Shown: piece after piece, positions 42,601 through 51,381 of the stretch | Layout of the letters: each line of letters opens with the position of its first letter | How positions within the stretch are numbered: position 1 is the first letter of the stretch | Source of the DNA: Thermodesulfobacteriota bacterium | GTDB taxonomy: Bacteria > Desulfobacterota_D > UBA1144 > Nemesobacterales > UBA2774 | Length of the DNA: 64,000 nucleotides | Direction: 5' to 3' | Assembly: GCA_965223335.1 (NCBI GenBank) | Contig: OZ244991.1 | Coordinates: 256,001-320,000 of the forward strand | Notes under the pieces: generated by a model | What the model was told of the DNA's origin: nothing | Database searches by the model: none | The model's input: only the letters and a program-made list of their open reading frames with translations | Position numbers and translations under genes: made by a program

Positions 42601-45600
42601 TAATTATGTCTACACACCTGATTTTACAATTAGTGGTGATATTGCAGTATCAAATCGCGGGATTTTTGAATTTAATGTGTACAAGATATTACCGAATAAC
42701 GAGCTAAGACCAATCCAAGTAATTGATCCCCTTCCTAATATTGGTAAAACCCCCTTAGGTACAGATTTTCAAAACGATACATTGTTTGTTTCTTCTGATT
42801 ACATTGCCAATAGCGTATTGGTCTATACAATCACAGATTACCTTGCTCCTACGATTAACGTTGTAAGTATTGATCCTCCTCCAAACCAATACGGTGTTTT
42901 TGGCCCTGAAGATATAGCTGGCCATTCTAATATCACTGTTACATTTGAGTGTATCGATAACAGCGGTACTGGTATAGACACATGTACTAATACTCAAAGT
43001 GTGCCGACTTCTGATGGTGTACACCAGGTTGTGGGCACGGCTACTGACAATGATGGAAACACATCTATCACAGTATTAACTATAGTTGTCGATACACAAG
43101 AACCTATTATTGAATACCTCAATTCCGAGATTGATGACAGTACAAATCCACCTAGGATTGGTATAGATTCGGGCGATAATGACGATATATCTGGATCAAA
43201 TGATGATACCTGGAACATAGATGTAGATGGCAATCAATCCACTGGTAATTGTTCACGAGAACCATCAACTAACACTTCCCTATGCAATGGTCCACCAACT
43301 GACTATGGAATTGGTCAGGCTTTGAACCTAAACCTCCCCACTGTGGAAGAGCTGACACAGTTTAGAAACCTACACTCTACAATACAAAGGGTTGTGCGTA
43401 TTGAGGTCGAAGATTTTGCTGGCAATAGGGCGTCAAGAGAGTTCTTAGTAGACTTCCCAAACCCCGATGCTCCTAACCCGCAAACACTCACGGTTACAAC
43501 ATCAGGTAACGGCATCGTAACCAGCTTCCCCACAGGCATCGACTGCGGTGCGGACTGTACTGAGGACTATGGTGAAGGTACGGTAGTCACCCTCACAGCT
43601 ACGCCTGATCCAGGCTGGACGTTTACAGCTTGGAGCGGTGATGCCGACTGTACAGACGGCGAAGTCACCATGGATATGGCAAAGAGCTGTACAGCCACAT
43701 TTGATATGTCCAGTGGCACACAGCATACCCTCACAGTCACCAAATCCGGTACAGGGACGGGTACTATAACCAGCAGTCCTGCAGGTATAGACTGCGGCGC
43801 AGACTGTATAGAAGATTACGATGAGAATACCGTTGTAACCCTCACTCCTACTCCAGATGCTGGATCAACCTTCACAGGCTGGTCAGGCGATCCCGATTGT
43901 TCTGACGGTAGTGTAACTATGGACACTGCCAAGACCTGTACGGCTACCTTTGATCTTTCAACACCAACCCTACACACCTTAAATGTTACAAAGACAGGTA
44001 CGGGCACAGGAACCGTTACGAGTACCCCAACGGGTATAGACTGCGGTGCTGATTGTACCGAGGACTTTAATGAGGATACGTCTGTAACACTTATCCCGAC
44101 CCCCGACACAGGGTCCTCGTTTGTGGGTTGGACCGGTGATCCCGATTGCTCCGACGGTGTTGTTACCGTAGATGCTGCCAAGACGTGTACTGCTACCTTT
44201 GATACAGCAGCTACTCAACACACCTTAACCATAACTAAAGCAGGGGCTGGTACTGGCACAGTGATGAATGTAGGTGGCGGCATCAACTGCGGAACTACGT
44301 GTAATTTCAACTTCAATGATGGCACCTCTGTGATCCTCACCGCCACAGCAGACCCCGGATCTGCATTCGTTAGCTGGTCTGGAGACGCAGACTGTGATGA
44401 CGGTATTGTTAGCATGGACACAGCAAAGACATGCACAGCTACGTTTGAAGCCGAAGCGATTGTACCTATTTTACTAGAGGGATCACCAGGTACAGCTGGT
44501 TCAGTCAGTACGTTCGTAATCACCGGGGCTACGCCCAATAGTCAAATTGAGCTCAGGTATGGAACATCTCAAGGCTCTTCATCCGCAATGTGTACTTCAG
44601 GGTCTACGACTTATGACATCGCTGGGGCAAGCCTTATTGGTAACGCTGTTGCAGATTCATTCGGTAATGCTTCTATTGATGTATCTATCCCATCCAACTT
44701 TGTGGGTGTGTCCTTATTCATGCAAGCATTGGATAAGACCGCTTGTGCTACCACAAACCTCCTTACTCAGACATTTGATGTGCCAGGAGCAGTAGTTTAT
44801 CCCATATTGGTTTCCAAAGATGGCACAGGGGATGGGACTGTAACAACGGATCCCCAGGGTCTAAACTGCGGTGTACAATGTGCAGAGGTATATGCAGAGA
44901 ATGATTTGGTAACTCTGATAGCCACTCCTGCAAATGGGTCTGTATTCAGTGGATGGAGTGGAGCCGCAGACGACTGCTTTGACGGTATCGTTACAATGGA
45001 TATGGCCAAGAACTGTATTGCTACATTCGATATAGCAAGTAGCACACAGCATACCCTCACAGTATCTAAAGGCGGTACAGGGACGGGTACTGTAACCAGC
45101 AGCCCAGCAGGTATAAGCTGTGGCACTGATTGCACCGAGGATTACAATGAGAATACTGTCGTAACCCTGACACCTTCACCAGATTCAGGCTCGACATTTG
45201 TAGGCTGGACTGGAGATGCTGACTGTAGTGATGGCAATGTAACAATGAACGCTGCTAAGACCTGCACGGCTACGTTTGATACATCCACACCCAACCAACA
45301 CACACTCACAGTCTCTAAGGCCGGTACAGGTACGGGTACAGTCACAAGCAGCCCCACGGGTATAAGCTGCGGTGCGGACTGCACTGAGGATTACAACGAG
45401 AACACAGCTGTAACACTCACTCCTACACCAGACGCAGGATCAACCTTCACAGGCTGGTCAGGCGATGCAGACTGCTCTGACGGTAGTGTAACAATGGATG
45501 CGGCTAAAACTTGCACGGCTACGTTTGATACCTCATCATCCACCCAATACACACTCACAGTCTCTAAAGCCGGTACAGGTACGGGGACTGTAACCAGTAG

Positions 45601-48600
45601 TCCTGTAGGCATCGATTGTGGCGCTGACTGCACCGAGGATTATGACGAGAATACAGCCGTAACCCTCACTCCTACCCCAGATGCAGGATCAACCTTCACA
45701 GGTTGGAGCGGCGATCCAGACTGTAGTGACGGTAGTGTAACTATGGACGCTGCCAAGACTTGTACAGCTACATTCGATCCTTCAACACCGACCCTACACA
45801 CTTTAAATGTTACAAAGACCGGCACAGGGACAGGAACTGTTACGAGTACCCCAACAGGTATAGACTGCGGTGCTGACTGTACAGAGGACTTTAATGAGGG
45901 TACGTCTGTGACCCTTATCCCGACCCCCGACACCGGGTCCTCGTTTGTGGGTTGGACCGGGGATCCCGATTGTTCAGACGGTGTTGTTACCGTAGACGCT
46001 GCCAAGACGTGTACTGCCACCTTTGAGACAGCAGCTACTCAACACACCTTAACCATAACTAAAGCCGGGGCTGGTACTGGCACAGTAATGAATGTAGGCG
46101 GTGGCATCAACTGTGGAACTACGTGTAATTTCAACTTTAATGATGGCACCTCTGTGATCCTTACCGCCACAGCAGACCCCGGATCTGCATTCGTTAGCTG
46201 GTCCGGAGACACAGACTGTGATGACGGCATAGTTAGCATGGACACAGCCAAGACATGCACCGCCACGTTTGAAGCCGAAGCGATTGTACCTATTTTACTA
46301 GAGGGATCGCCAGGTACAGCTGGTTCAATCAGCACATTCGTTATCACCGGGGCTACGCCCAATAGTCAAATTGAGCTCAGATATGGATCAGCTCAAGGCT
46401 CCACATCCGCAACGTGTACTTCAGGATCTACCACTTATGACATCGCTGGGGCAAATATTATTGGTAACGGTGTAGCTGATTCATTCGGTAATACCTCTAT
46501 TCAGGTATCTATCCCATCCAGCTTTGTTGGTGTGTCCTTATTCATGCAAGCATTGGATAAGACCGCTTGTGCTACCACAAACTTACTTACTCAAACCTTT
46601 AGTGTGCCGGGAGGAGTAGTATACGACCTCTTGATCACAAAGGATGGCACGGGAGATGGGACCGTAACAACTGATCCCCAGGGTCTAAACTGCGGTGTAC
46701 AGTGTGCAGAGGTATATGCAGAGAACGATTTGGTAACACTGATAGCCACTCCTGCAAACGGATCTGTATTCAGTGGATGGAGTGGAGACCCCGATTGTAC
46801 AGATGGTCTCGTTACAGCGGACTCTATCAAAACATGTAATGCTACATTCGATATAGCTAGTAGCACACAGCACACCCTTACCGTTACGAAAGCCGGTACG
46901 GGTACGGGAACTGTAACCAGCAACCCAGCAGGCATAAGCTGTGGCGCAGACTGTACAGAGGACTACAATGAGAATACAGCTGTAACCCTTACACCTTCAC
47001 CAGATTCAGGCTCAACCTTCATAGGCTGGACTGGAGATGCTGACTGTAGTGATGGTAGTGTAACAATGAACGCTGCTAAAACTTGCACGGCTACTTTTGA
47101 TACCTCATCATCCACCCAATACACACTCACAGTCACTAAAGCTGGCACAGGGACGGGTACAGTCACAAGTAGTCCCTCAGGCATAAGCTGCGGTGGTGAC
47201 TGCACCGAAAATTATAATGAGAATACTGTAGTAACCCTAACACCTACTCCAAATGAAGGTTCAACCTTTATAGGCTGGAGTGGTGACCCGGACTGTAGTG
47301 ACGGCAGTGTAACAATGGACGCTGCCAAGACCTGTACGGCTACTTTTGATACTTCCTCTTCCACACAGCATACCCTTACTGTATCTAAAGCCGGCACAGG
47401 GACTGGAACAGTCACAAGCAGCCCTGCTGGCATCAGCTGTGGCGCAGACTGTACAGAGAATTACAACGAGAATACGGTTGTAACCCTGACACCTTCATCT
47501 AATGCTGGCTCTACCTTCACAGGTTGGAGTGGGGATCCGGACTGTAGTGACGGTAGTGTGACTATGGATGCGGCTAAAACTTGCACGGCTACTTTTGATC
47601 AATCCACCGCACAACAGTATCTACTAACTATCAATAGAACTGGTCTAGGTATTGGTATGGTTACAAGTAATCCACCAGGCATCAACTGCGGTAATGATTG
47701 TATTGAATTTTACGACGAGAACACCCAGGTTGTAATAACTGCAACTCCGTTTAGTGGCTCCTCGTTTACGGGATGGAGTGGTGATGCAGATTGTTCGGAT
47801 GGTGTAGTAACAATGAGCAGTGCAAGAACATGTACTGCTGTCTTTGCATCTGGTGGGGGTACACAGCAATATACCCTATCGGTTACCAAATCCGGTACAG
47901 GGACGGGTACCGTAACCAGTAATCCTGCAGGCATAAACTGTGGAAGTGATTGCAGTGAGAATTATACCGACGGTACATCGGTAACACTCACCGCAACGGC
48001 TGACACTGGATCCACCTTCACAGGTTGGAGTGGCGATACCGATTGTAGCGATGGGGTCGTCACGGTGAATTCGGCTAAGACGTGCACAGCTACATTTGAT
48101 AGCGGTGGCGGGTCTCAATTCACAATGCAACCTTTGACTCCTGGAACAGCTAACGCAAACAATACCATTACTGTCACAGGTGCTACACCCAACGGTCAAG
48201 TCAACTTCCGTTATGGTTTTTCACCTGGAACTACATCTGTCAGTTGTACAAATGGCACGGTCAATGTAGGTATAGCAAATGCTACTCACCTAACAACTGT
48301 ATCAGCAGATTCTTCTGGTACAGCTTCTGTAACTGTATTCATCAGCACCCAATTCATCGGTCTCACACTATACTTGCAAGCAGTGGATTTATCGACATGT
48401 ACTATAACCAATCTACTTGCTCATCCTTTCACCTCCTCATCCAAGCTATATGAATTCGATATATTGGATATGAAGTCCGCCTATGCTGCCAATCTCAATT
48501 CCGACAGTTGCTCGGATGTGGGTGGGGTTAGTGGTTGTATGAATCTAAGTGTGGAGGGCATAGATGAAAGAACCCACACAATCAACAATACAGATAATTC

Positions 48601-50293
48601 ACGCTTATACCCATATATCATCAATAAGCCTCTGGGAGGTGACAAAGTGAAAACCAATACAAACATTGCCTCGGAAGGCAGATTGAAAACACAAACAAAC
48701 GAGTCACAAAACACTTCATGGTTGCACAGGACCAAATCCAAACTAAGTCCGCTCATGAAATCGATGCGGCTTATGCTGCTGTCTCTCGTGTTCGGAGCCA
48801 ATGCATATGCGCAAGGCACCCCTGTGCCCTTTATAGACCTCGAGTATAACTACGACGGTGTAGGGAATGTAACGGGTATCACCGACCACATTGATAACAA
48901 CAATAGTTGCACGATGGGATACGACCCACTCAACCGATTGACCTCAGCCGTGGGGCCATGGGGGGCTGGTGGATTCACATACGACTCTATTGGCAACAGA
49001 ACAAGTAAGAGTTTTGACGGTAATAGCACCAATTACTCATATGACAGCGCTACTAACCGACTACTTTCAGGTCATGGCTACGATGCAAATGGCAACATAA
49101 CCAGCGGAGGACCGTTCAACTATACCTATGACTCCTATAACAGGGTTAAATCTGCAACGAATATGGCAGATGATATTACCTATCTTTATGATGGTGATGG
49201 TAGGAGGATTAGCCAGACTGTAAATGGCGAGACCACGATCTTTGCTTACGGTGCAGATTCCAATGTTCTCACCGAGTTGAAACTCGATCCAACTGATTCA
49301 ATGTGGAAGCCCTCAAAGGACTATATCTATGCAGGCCGGCTAAACATTGCCGTTGTGGAGTTCGATACTGGCGGTACCTCAACCGGCAAGAAGTTTTACC
49401 ATGCGGACCACCTGGGATCGGCTATTGCACTCACTGACAATGTGACCACAGTAGTATGGGACAGGACCTACTTCCCATACGGCGGCAGATTTGCCGGAGA
49501 ACTTAGCGGACCGGTTCAAAACACACACCAATACACAGGCAAAGAATTTGATGAGGATTTTACCCAGCTGGCCTACTACGGAGCTAGGTACTACAACCCC
49601 AGTATTGGGCGCTTTATGAGTGTGGATCCTGCGGGGATAGACATCACCAATCCCCAGTCCTGGAACCGCTACGCCTACGTCCAAAACAACCCATTCTCTT
49701 ACGTAGACCCGGATGGGGAAATTTTAGAAACTGCTTGGGATGTATTTAATATTAGTCTGGGTGTTATCTCATTCAAGCAAAGTGTATCTAAGGGCAATTA
49801 TTTTGATGCTTTACTAGATGCGGGTGGAATCGCTATTGATTCTGCAGCGGCTGTAATTCCTGTAATCCCTGGTGGTGTCGGGACAATCATTAAGGCTAGT
49901 CGAGCAGGTAAAGTTGCTGCGCAATTGGCAAAAAATGCCAATAGAGTGAACAAAGTAATAAAAAATATCCCTAATAATGGTATATTAGATCCAAAGACTA
50001 TAAGGTTTACTCAAGATAGTGCAAAGCGATACTTTAAAGATGGTAGATCAGTGGAAAAACTGATAAACGATTTGAAATTGGGCAAAGTTACTGCAGCCGA
50101 TGTTCCACCAATTAAAATATTTCAAAGTGATGGATTGACATTTTCTCTAGACAATCGTCGTCTTCATGCATTTCAAGAAGCAGGTGTTCCAATTAGAGTC
50201 GTTGCCGCAACTGCTGAAGAAATTGCTAAAGCTATAAGAGACAGTAAATTTTCAACTATAAATGAAGGTGTATCTATTATAATAAGAAAATAA
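36629..50293 (+). CDS. Giant Rhs/YD-repeat polymorphic toxin with inserted InlB-B-like repeats, FG-GAP-like propeller and C-terminal ParB-like toxin domain
   Basis: Signal peptide; VNLFSGNL...RTYNS N-terminal domain; YD repeats; 24 G.xCG.xC/F.GWSG repeats; Rhs core YTGKEFD...YGARYY...NPFSYVDPDG; C-terminal IRFTQDS...SLDNRRL. Confidence 0.92.
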   Translation: MNYQNTRSIITLLCLFFMVMMIPRYAFAIGENYDEWGFKKNKTYMQFSPEEYVNLFSGNLVLTHTDVVLPGNGGLDLKIQRTYNSKIFSELTNVGFTISGSVFGNLGVGWEMHFGRINTLGSILQIQHPILVEMPDGSIKTAFTNDQSNISSNIASSYVTEDFWFIDGFDHNSDQVIDEYVMKLPDGTTYTFDHRVSNSLTYNNYYVTSIDDTNGNTITFEYYDCCGFTTTPDTGTIGSCSPHGPNDTTSRHLKKITDSVGREIHFTMDNATCHENAIKTIDVFGDIYTYNYSTVLGVPGGDNHDGGSGKLLLGVDPPVGPSWDYDYLAQPLDGHPDGELIQITHPSGGTIDYTYETFDLELYDQSGSGNTGNFKFRALTSRTTSGPNITNPGTWTFDYHPTETTDKTTVTDACGNKEVYNFFGLRTGSFGGLWKIGLLDYKQTLDAADNPVETTTNVWNSYQISNEGQDNISSPSINGTYLPLLISQDISRDGKNYSTTFTYNEFYDSPTQIMETGEFTRTTDITYFENLSSNIFGKPASTTVNQSGESKVITNSYDPAGNLTMENQYGVITEYGYFPDGNLNWEKNARNFYTVFDLYDNGLATVLKYGATDNAGGSAIYTENRSINWEGTIASHTDGKGNTTSFTYDGINRLTQITPPPSGEAVTDIVYDDTNGRFDTVSKGNSSLHTTYDGFGRKIGTQTAAGVQTEIQYDVCGRKSYESLPYDTNTPNTGNSYTYDALDRLKSITRPDSTVVSYTYSSDADGSKITVNNENNQNTTMHYKAFGDPDDKRLVKVTDALTNATGYTYDLLGNIVQVGSPNGTSRSYSYNDKNFLVSETHPESGTTSYSHDEIGNVTSKMNAKSETTSYAYDPVNRLTNVNNPGAEPDVDYGYDFANNRTSMVGIHPNVEQTYNYTYTYDASNRLTNQDVTVGSDVSYSVDYAYDVKNNVTSIIYPSGETVNYDYDAQNRILNILDGTSNNISTNFNYIASGAPTHFESVYGVDSDFTYDTRQRLKTLQISRVFPYLLIIKEGLGDGTVIGTDSSSTQVINCGDVCAIQSPAEGVEITLTQTPDTGSNFVGWSGDPDCTDDIGDPMITMQGTKVCIATYGDTPVQVELTVTKDGTGTGTVTSTPAGIDCGADCSEFYNANTEVTLSANPAAGDVFAGWSGGAGDCDDGTVTMDVAKTCNATFNTAPPGGGQSTLMINANGGDGTGTVTSNPAGIDCGATCSNAFDNGTVVALIATPDTGSSFIGWTGDADCSDGRITIDANKSCTAEFDDTAPNQYTLNIGVTGSGSISSSPAGIDCGADCTESFVENTEVVLSAAADTGYTFTGWSGDPDCADGVVSMIADKTCDATFIASTGMTFSLSVLIDPAGTGLGDVVSSPAGIDCGPNCSADFDENQSVILTPLPSLGSTFTGWSGDPDCTDDGVGGVAIVSMNAVKSCTATFDVSTLVQHQVSVTKSGMGSGLIISNPSGIDCRDVCDANFDENSIVTLSAVPDLGSTFVGWSGDCAGTDEDVSLTISNAVNCNADFDALPIYTFSIVTSGTGTGTVKSEKLGIDCGTDCSEDYYQGTEVTLIPTPDPGSIFIGWKGDNDCFDGIVTITKPNACEAIFDLVEVGQYVLTINKIGGGDGIVTSDPVGLECGNYCQKNFDENTVITLTATADELSEFVEWGADCPGGVVTLDADKTCDVGFKGTTFAQFQTLVPSNVLDQTFGADISIDGDTAVIGALGHPSGEVIAKGIAFVFERDNSGIWNEVQILDPRLPGEELYSGGGYKRDFGSSISLRDDVLVVGSPREYNASTNSDGAAYIYRKNMLGVWEQAQKLTPTDALGFGTKVQVLGDNMVIGSSRDDGSRGAVYAYRKQPSGTWVFSKKLSPSELEPNEEFGSDLVMDGDYLFVANPNDTGSNYQGSVYVYKYVPGFGWVEKQVLTSTTENAQNSFGTSIELKDDVAYIGTYTNQSTTFMDIYRLNGDNVWTYIERYPIDGNYVYTPDFTISGDIAVSNRGIFEFNVYKILPNNELRPIQVIDPLPNIGKTPLGTDFQNDTLFVSSDYIANSVLVYTITDYLAPTINVVSIDPPPNQYGVFGPEDIAGHSNITVTFECIDNSGTGIDTCTNTQSVPTSDGVHQVVGTATDNDGNTSITVLTIVVDTQEPIIEYLNSEIDDSTNPPRIGIDSGDNDDISGSNDDTWNIDVDGNQSTGNCSREPSTNTSLCNGPPTDYGIGQALNLNLPTVEELTQFRNLHSTIQRVVRIEVEDFAGNRASREFLVDFPNPDAPNPQTLTVTTSGNGIVTSFPTGIDCGADCTEDYGEGTVVTLTATPDPGWTFTAWSGDADCTDGEVTMDMAKSCTATFDMSSGTQHTLTVTKSGTGTGTITSSPAGIDCGADCIEDYDENTVVTLTPTPDAGSTFTGWSGDPDCSDGSVTMDTAKTCTATFDLSTPTLHTLNVTKTGTGTGTVTSTPTGIDCGADCTEDFNEDTSVTLIPTPDTGSSFVGWTGDPDCSDGVVTVDAAKTCTATFDTAATQHTLTITKAGAGTGTVMNVGGGINCGTTCNFNFNDGTSVILTATADPGSAFVSWSGDADCDDGIVSMDTAKTCTATFEAEAIVPILLEGSPGTAGSVSTFVITGATPNSQIELRYGTSQGSSSAMCTSGSTTYDIAGASLIGNAVADSFGNASIDVSIPSNFVGVSLFMQALDKTACATTNLLTQTFDVPGAVVYPILVSKDGTGDGTVTTDPQGLNCGVQCAEVYAENDLVTLIATPANGSVFSGWSGAADDCFDGIVTMDMAKNCIATFDIASSTQHTLTVSKGGTGTGTVTSSPAGISCGTDCTEDYNENTVVTLTPSPDSGSTFVGWTGDADCSDGNVTMNAAKTCTATFDTSTPNQHTLTVSKAGTGTGTVTSSPTGISCGADCTEDYNENTAVTLTPTPDAGSTFTGWSGDADCSDGSVTMDAAKTCTATFDTSSSTQYTLTVSKAGTGTGTVTSSPVGIDCGADCTEDYDENTAVTLTPTPDAGSTFTGWSGDPDCSDGSVTMDAAKTCTATFDPSTPTLHTLNVTKTGTGTGTVTSTPTGIDCGADCTEDFNEGTSVTLIPTPDTGSSFVGWTGDPDCSDGVVTVDAAKTCTATFETAATQHTLTITKAGAGTGTVMNVGGGINCGTTCNFNFNDGTSVILTATADPGSAFVSWSGDTDCDDGIVSMDTAKTCTATFEAEAIVPILLEGSPGTAGSISTFVITGATPNSQIELRYGSAQGSTSATCTSGSTTYDIAGANIIGNGVADSFGNTSIQVSIPSSFVGVSLFMQALDKTACATTNLLTQTFSVPGGVVYDLLITKDGTGDGTVTTDPQGLNCGVQCAEVYAENDLVTLIATPANGSVFSGWSGDPDCTDGLVTADSIKTCNATFDIASSTQHTLTVTKAGTGTGTVTSNPAGISCGADCTEDYNENTAVTLTPSPDSGSTFIGWTGDADCSDGSVTMNAAKTCTATFDTSSSTQYTLTVTKAGTGTGTVTSSPSGISCGGDCTENYNENTVVTLTPTPNEGSTFIGWSGDPDCSDGSVTMDAAKTCTATFDTSSSTQHTLTVSKAGTGTGTVTSSPAGISCGADCTENYNENTVVTLTPSSNAGSTFTGWSGDPDCSDGSVTMDAAKTCTATFDQSTAQQYLLTINRTGLGIGMVTSNPPGINCGNDCIEFYDENTQVVITATPFSGSSFTGWSGDADCSDGVVTMSSARTCTAVFASGGGTQQYTLSVTKSGTGTGTVTSNPAGINCGSDCSENYTDGTSVTLTATADTGSTFTGWSGDTDCSDGVVTVNSAKTCTATFDSGGGSQFTMQPLTPGTANANNTITVTGATPNGQVNFRYGFSPGTTSVSCTNGTVNVGIANATHLTTVSADSSGTASVTVFISTQFIGLTLYLQAVDLSTCTITNLLAHPFTSSSKLYEFDILDMKSAYAANLNSDSCSDVGGVSGCMNLSVEGIDERTHTINNTDNSRLYPYIINKPLGGDKVKTNTNIASEGRLKTQTNESQNTSWLHRTKSKLSPLMKSMRLMLLSLVFGANAYAQGTPVPFIDLEYNYDGVGNVTGITDHIDNNNSCTMGYDPLNRLTSAVGPWGAGGFTYDSIGNRTSKSFDGNSTNYSYDSATNRLLSGHGYDANGNITSGGPFNYTYDSYNRVKSATNMADDITYLYDGDGRRISQTVNGETTIFAYGADSNVLTELKLDPTDSMWKPSKDYIYAGRLNIAVVEFDTGGTSTGKKFYHADHLGSAIALTDNVTTVVWDRTYFPYGGRFAGELSGPVQNTHQYTGKEFDEDFTQLAYYGARYYNPSIGRFMSVDPAGIDITNPQSWNRYAYVQNNPFSYVDPDGEILETAWDVFNISLGVISFKQSVSKGNYFDALLDAGGIAIDSAAAVIPVIPGGVGTIIKASRAGKVAAQLAKNANRVNKVIKNIPNNGILDPKTIRFTQDSAKRYFKDGRSVEKLINDLKLGKVTAADVPPIKIFQSDGLTFSLDNRRLHAFQEAGVPIRVVAATAEEIAKAIRDSKFSTINEGVSIIIRK
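43720..47120 (+). repeat. Intragenic ~1.8-kb-period duplication plus ~249-bp tandem units in the Rhs gene
   Basis: For example 43961 and 45785 begin near-identical blocks (offset 1824 bp). Units of ~83 aa recur throughout. Confidence 0.85.
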
Positions 50294-50306
50294 GAGGAGA
50301 AGAGCC

Positions 50307-50570
50307 ATGAATCCATTCAAACTTCATGACCAGTTAGACAAAATAACAACGAGACATGAACTAGCTGAATTCATACTGAGCTTAAGAGAAGATCTAATCA
50401 ACAACCCTTCAGAATGGGAAAATCCTAATTTAGAAAGATTTTTAGAATCAATGTCAGGATGGATTGTAGATATGCATGGATATTTTCAAAATATAGGCGA
50501 ACCATTTCCAGAAGAACTAACATGGGAGCTTTTTGGTAGAATACTCTTAGCTGCTCGGAGTTATGAATGA
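50307..50570 (+). CDS. Putative cognate immunity protein (DUF7660-like)
   Basis: 87 aa directly after the toxin with an AGGAG RBS; WENPNLERFLESM..W...TWELFGRILLAARSYE pattern seen in small genes following polymorphic toxins. Confidence 0.75.
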   Translation: MNPFKLHDQLDKITTRHELAEFILSLREDLINNPSEWENPNLERFLESMSGWIVDMHGYFQNIGEPFPEELTWELFGRILLAARSYE

Positions 50571-50799
50571 TATATCAATAGATTTACCTCTAGATTTGGT
50601 GTCAAGATATTAAGCATACGAAGATCCAGATTCAGGCTATAGTTGTTGAGTTCGGTGTCCATCTAAAATCAGAAACAACTACCTAAAAGATTAGGTCAAT
50701 TTATCATTTAACAAATACAATAAAACCATGAACGTTTAACCCATCTGATATTCCAGTAAACTATATTGATAGAGATTTTGAGGTGCTACCTTCTAAAGA

Positions 50800-51381
50800 A
50801 TGGCCTCAGGAGAAACAAAAGGAATTAGGACCAATACAAAGAGTTTGATAACATTGAGCCGAACAATTTCCCACGCTCTGCGTCATGAACCTTGGGTATA
50901 TGAACTTGAGTTGGACGAAGAGGGCTGGACAGATGCACAGATTCTATTGAATACCCTACAGGCAATGCGCCCTGAATGGAAAGATATAAATGTTGATGAT
51001 CTGATCACTCTGAACAATAGTGCAGGCAAAAAACGTTTTGAGATAGACAAAGGTAGAATTCGCGCTTTATATGGCCACTCTTTACCGGGCAAGATGCTTA
51101 AAACACCTTCTGAACCACCTGAATATTTATATCACGGCACCAATCCAGCAATTATACCAAAAATAAAAGAAAATGGTTTACAACCAATGAATAGACAATA
51201 TGTTCATCTTTCGACAGATAAGAAAACTGCAATTGAAGTAGGTAAAAGAAAGGCTAATAATCCTATACTAATAACAATCTCATCTTCTAAAGCACATAGA
51301 GAAGGCATTATCTTCTATATTGGGAATGATAAAGTATGGCTAGCAGATCAAATCCCACCAAAATATTTATCCTATGAATAG
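50800..51381 (+). CDS. kptA: RNA 2'-phosphotransferase (Tpt1/KptA)
   Basis: LSRTISHALRH.P, KKRFE, RIRALYGHS, LYHGT, GLQPMNRQYVHLS, KVWLAD.IP. Confidence 0.95.
   Translation: MASGETKGIRTNTKSLITLSRTISHALRHEPWVYELELDEEGWTDAQILLNTLQAMRPEWKDINVDDLITLNNSAGKKRFEIDKGRIRALYGHSLPGKMLKTPSEPPEYLYHGTNPAIIPKIKENGLQPMNRQYVHLSTDKKTAIEVGKRKANNPILITISSSKAHREGIIFYIGNDKVWLADQIPPKYLSYE

Noticed and set aside
43480..48120. Regular repeats as a CRISPR array
   Set aside because: The units are ~249-bp in-frame protein repeats with no short repeat-spacer structure and no cas genes.
39767..49032. Many minus-strand ORFs with VTVPVPVP repeats
   Set aside because: Antisense shadows of the repetitive Rhs gene.
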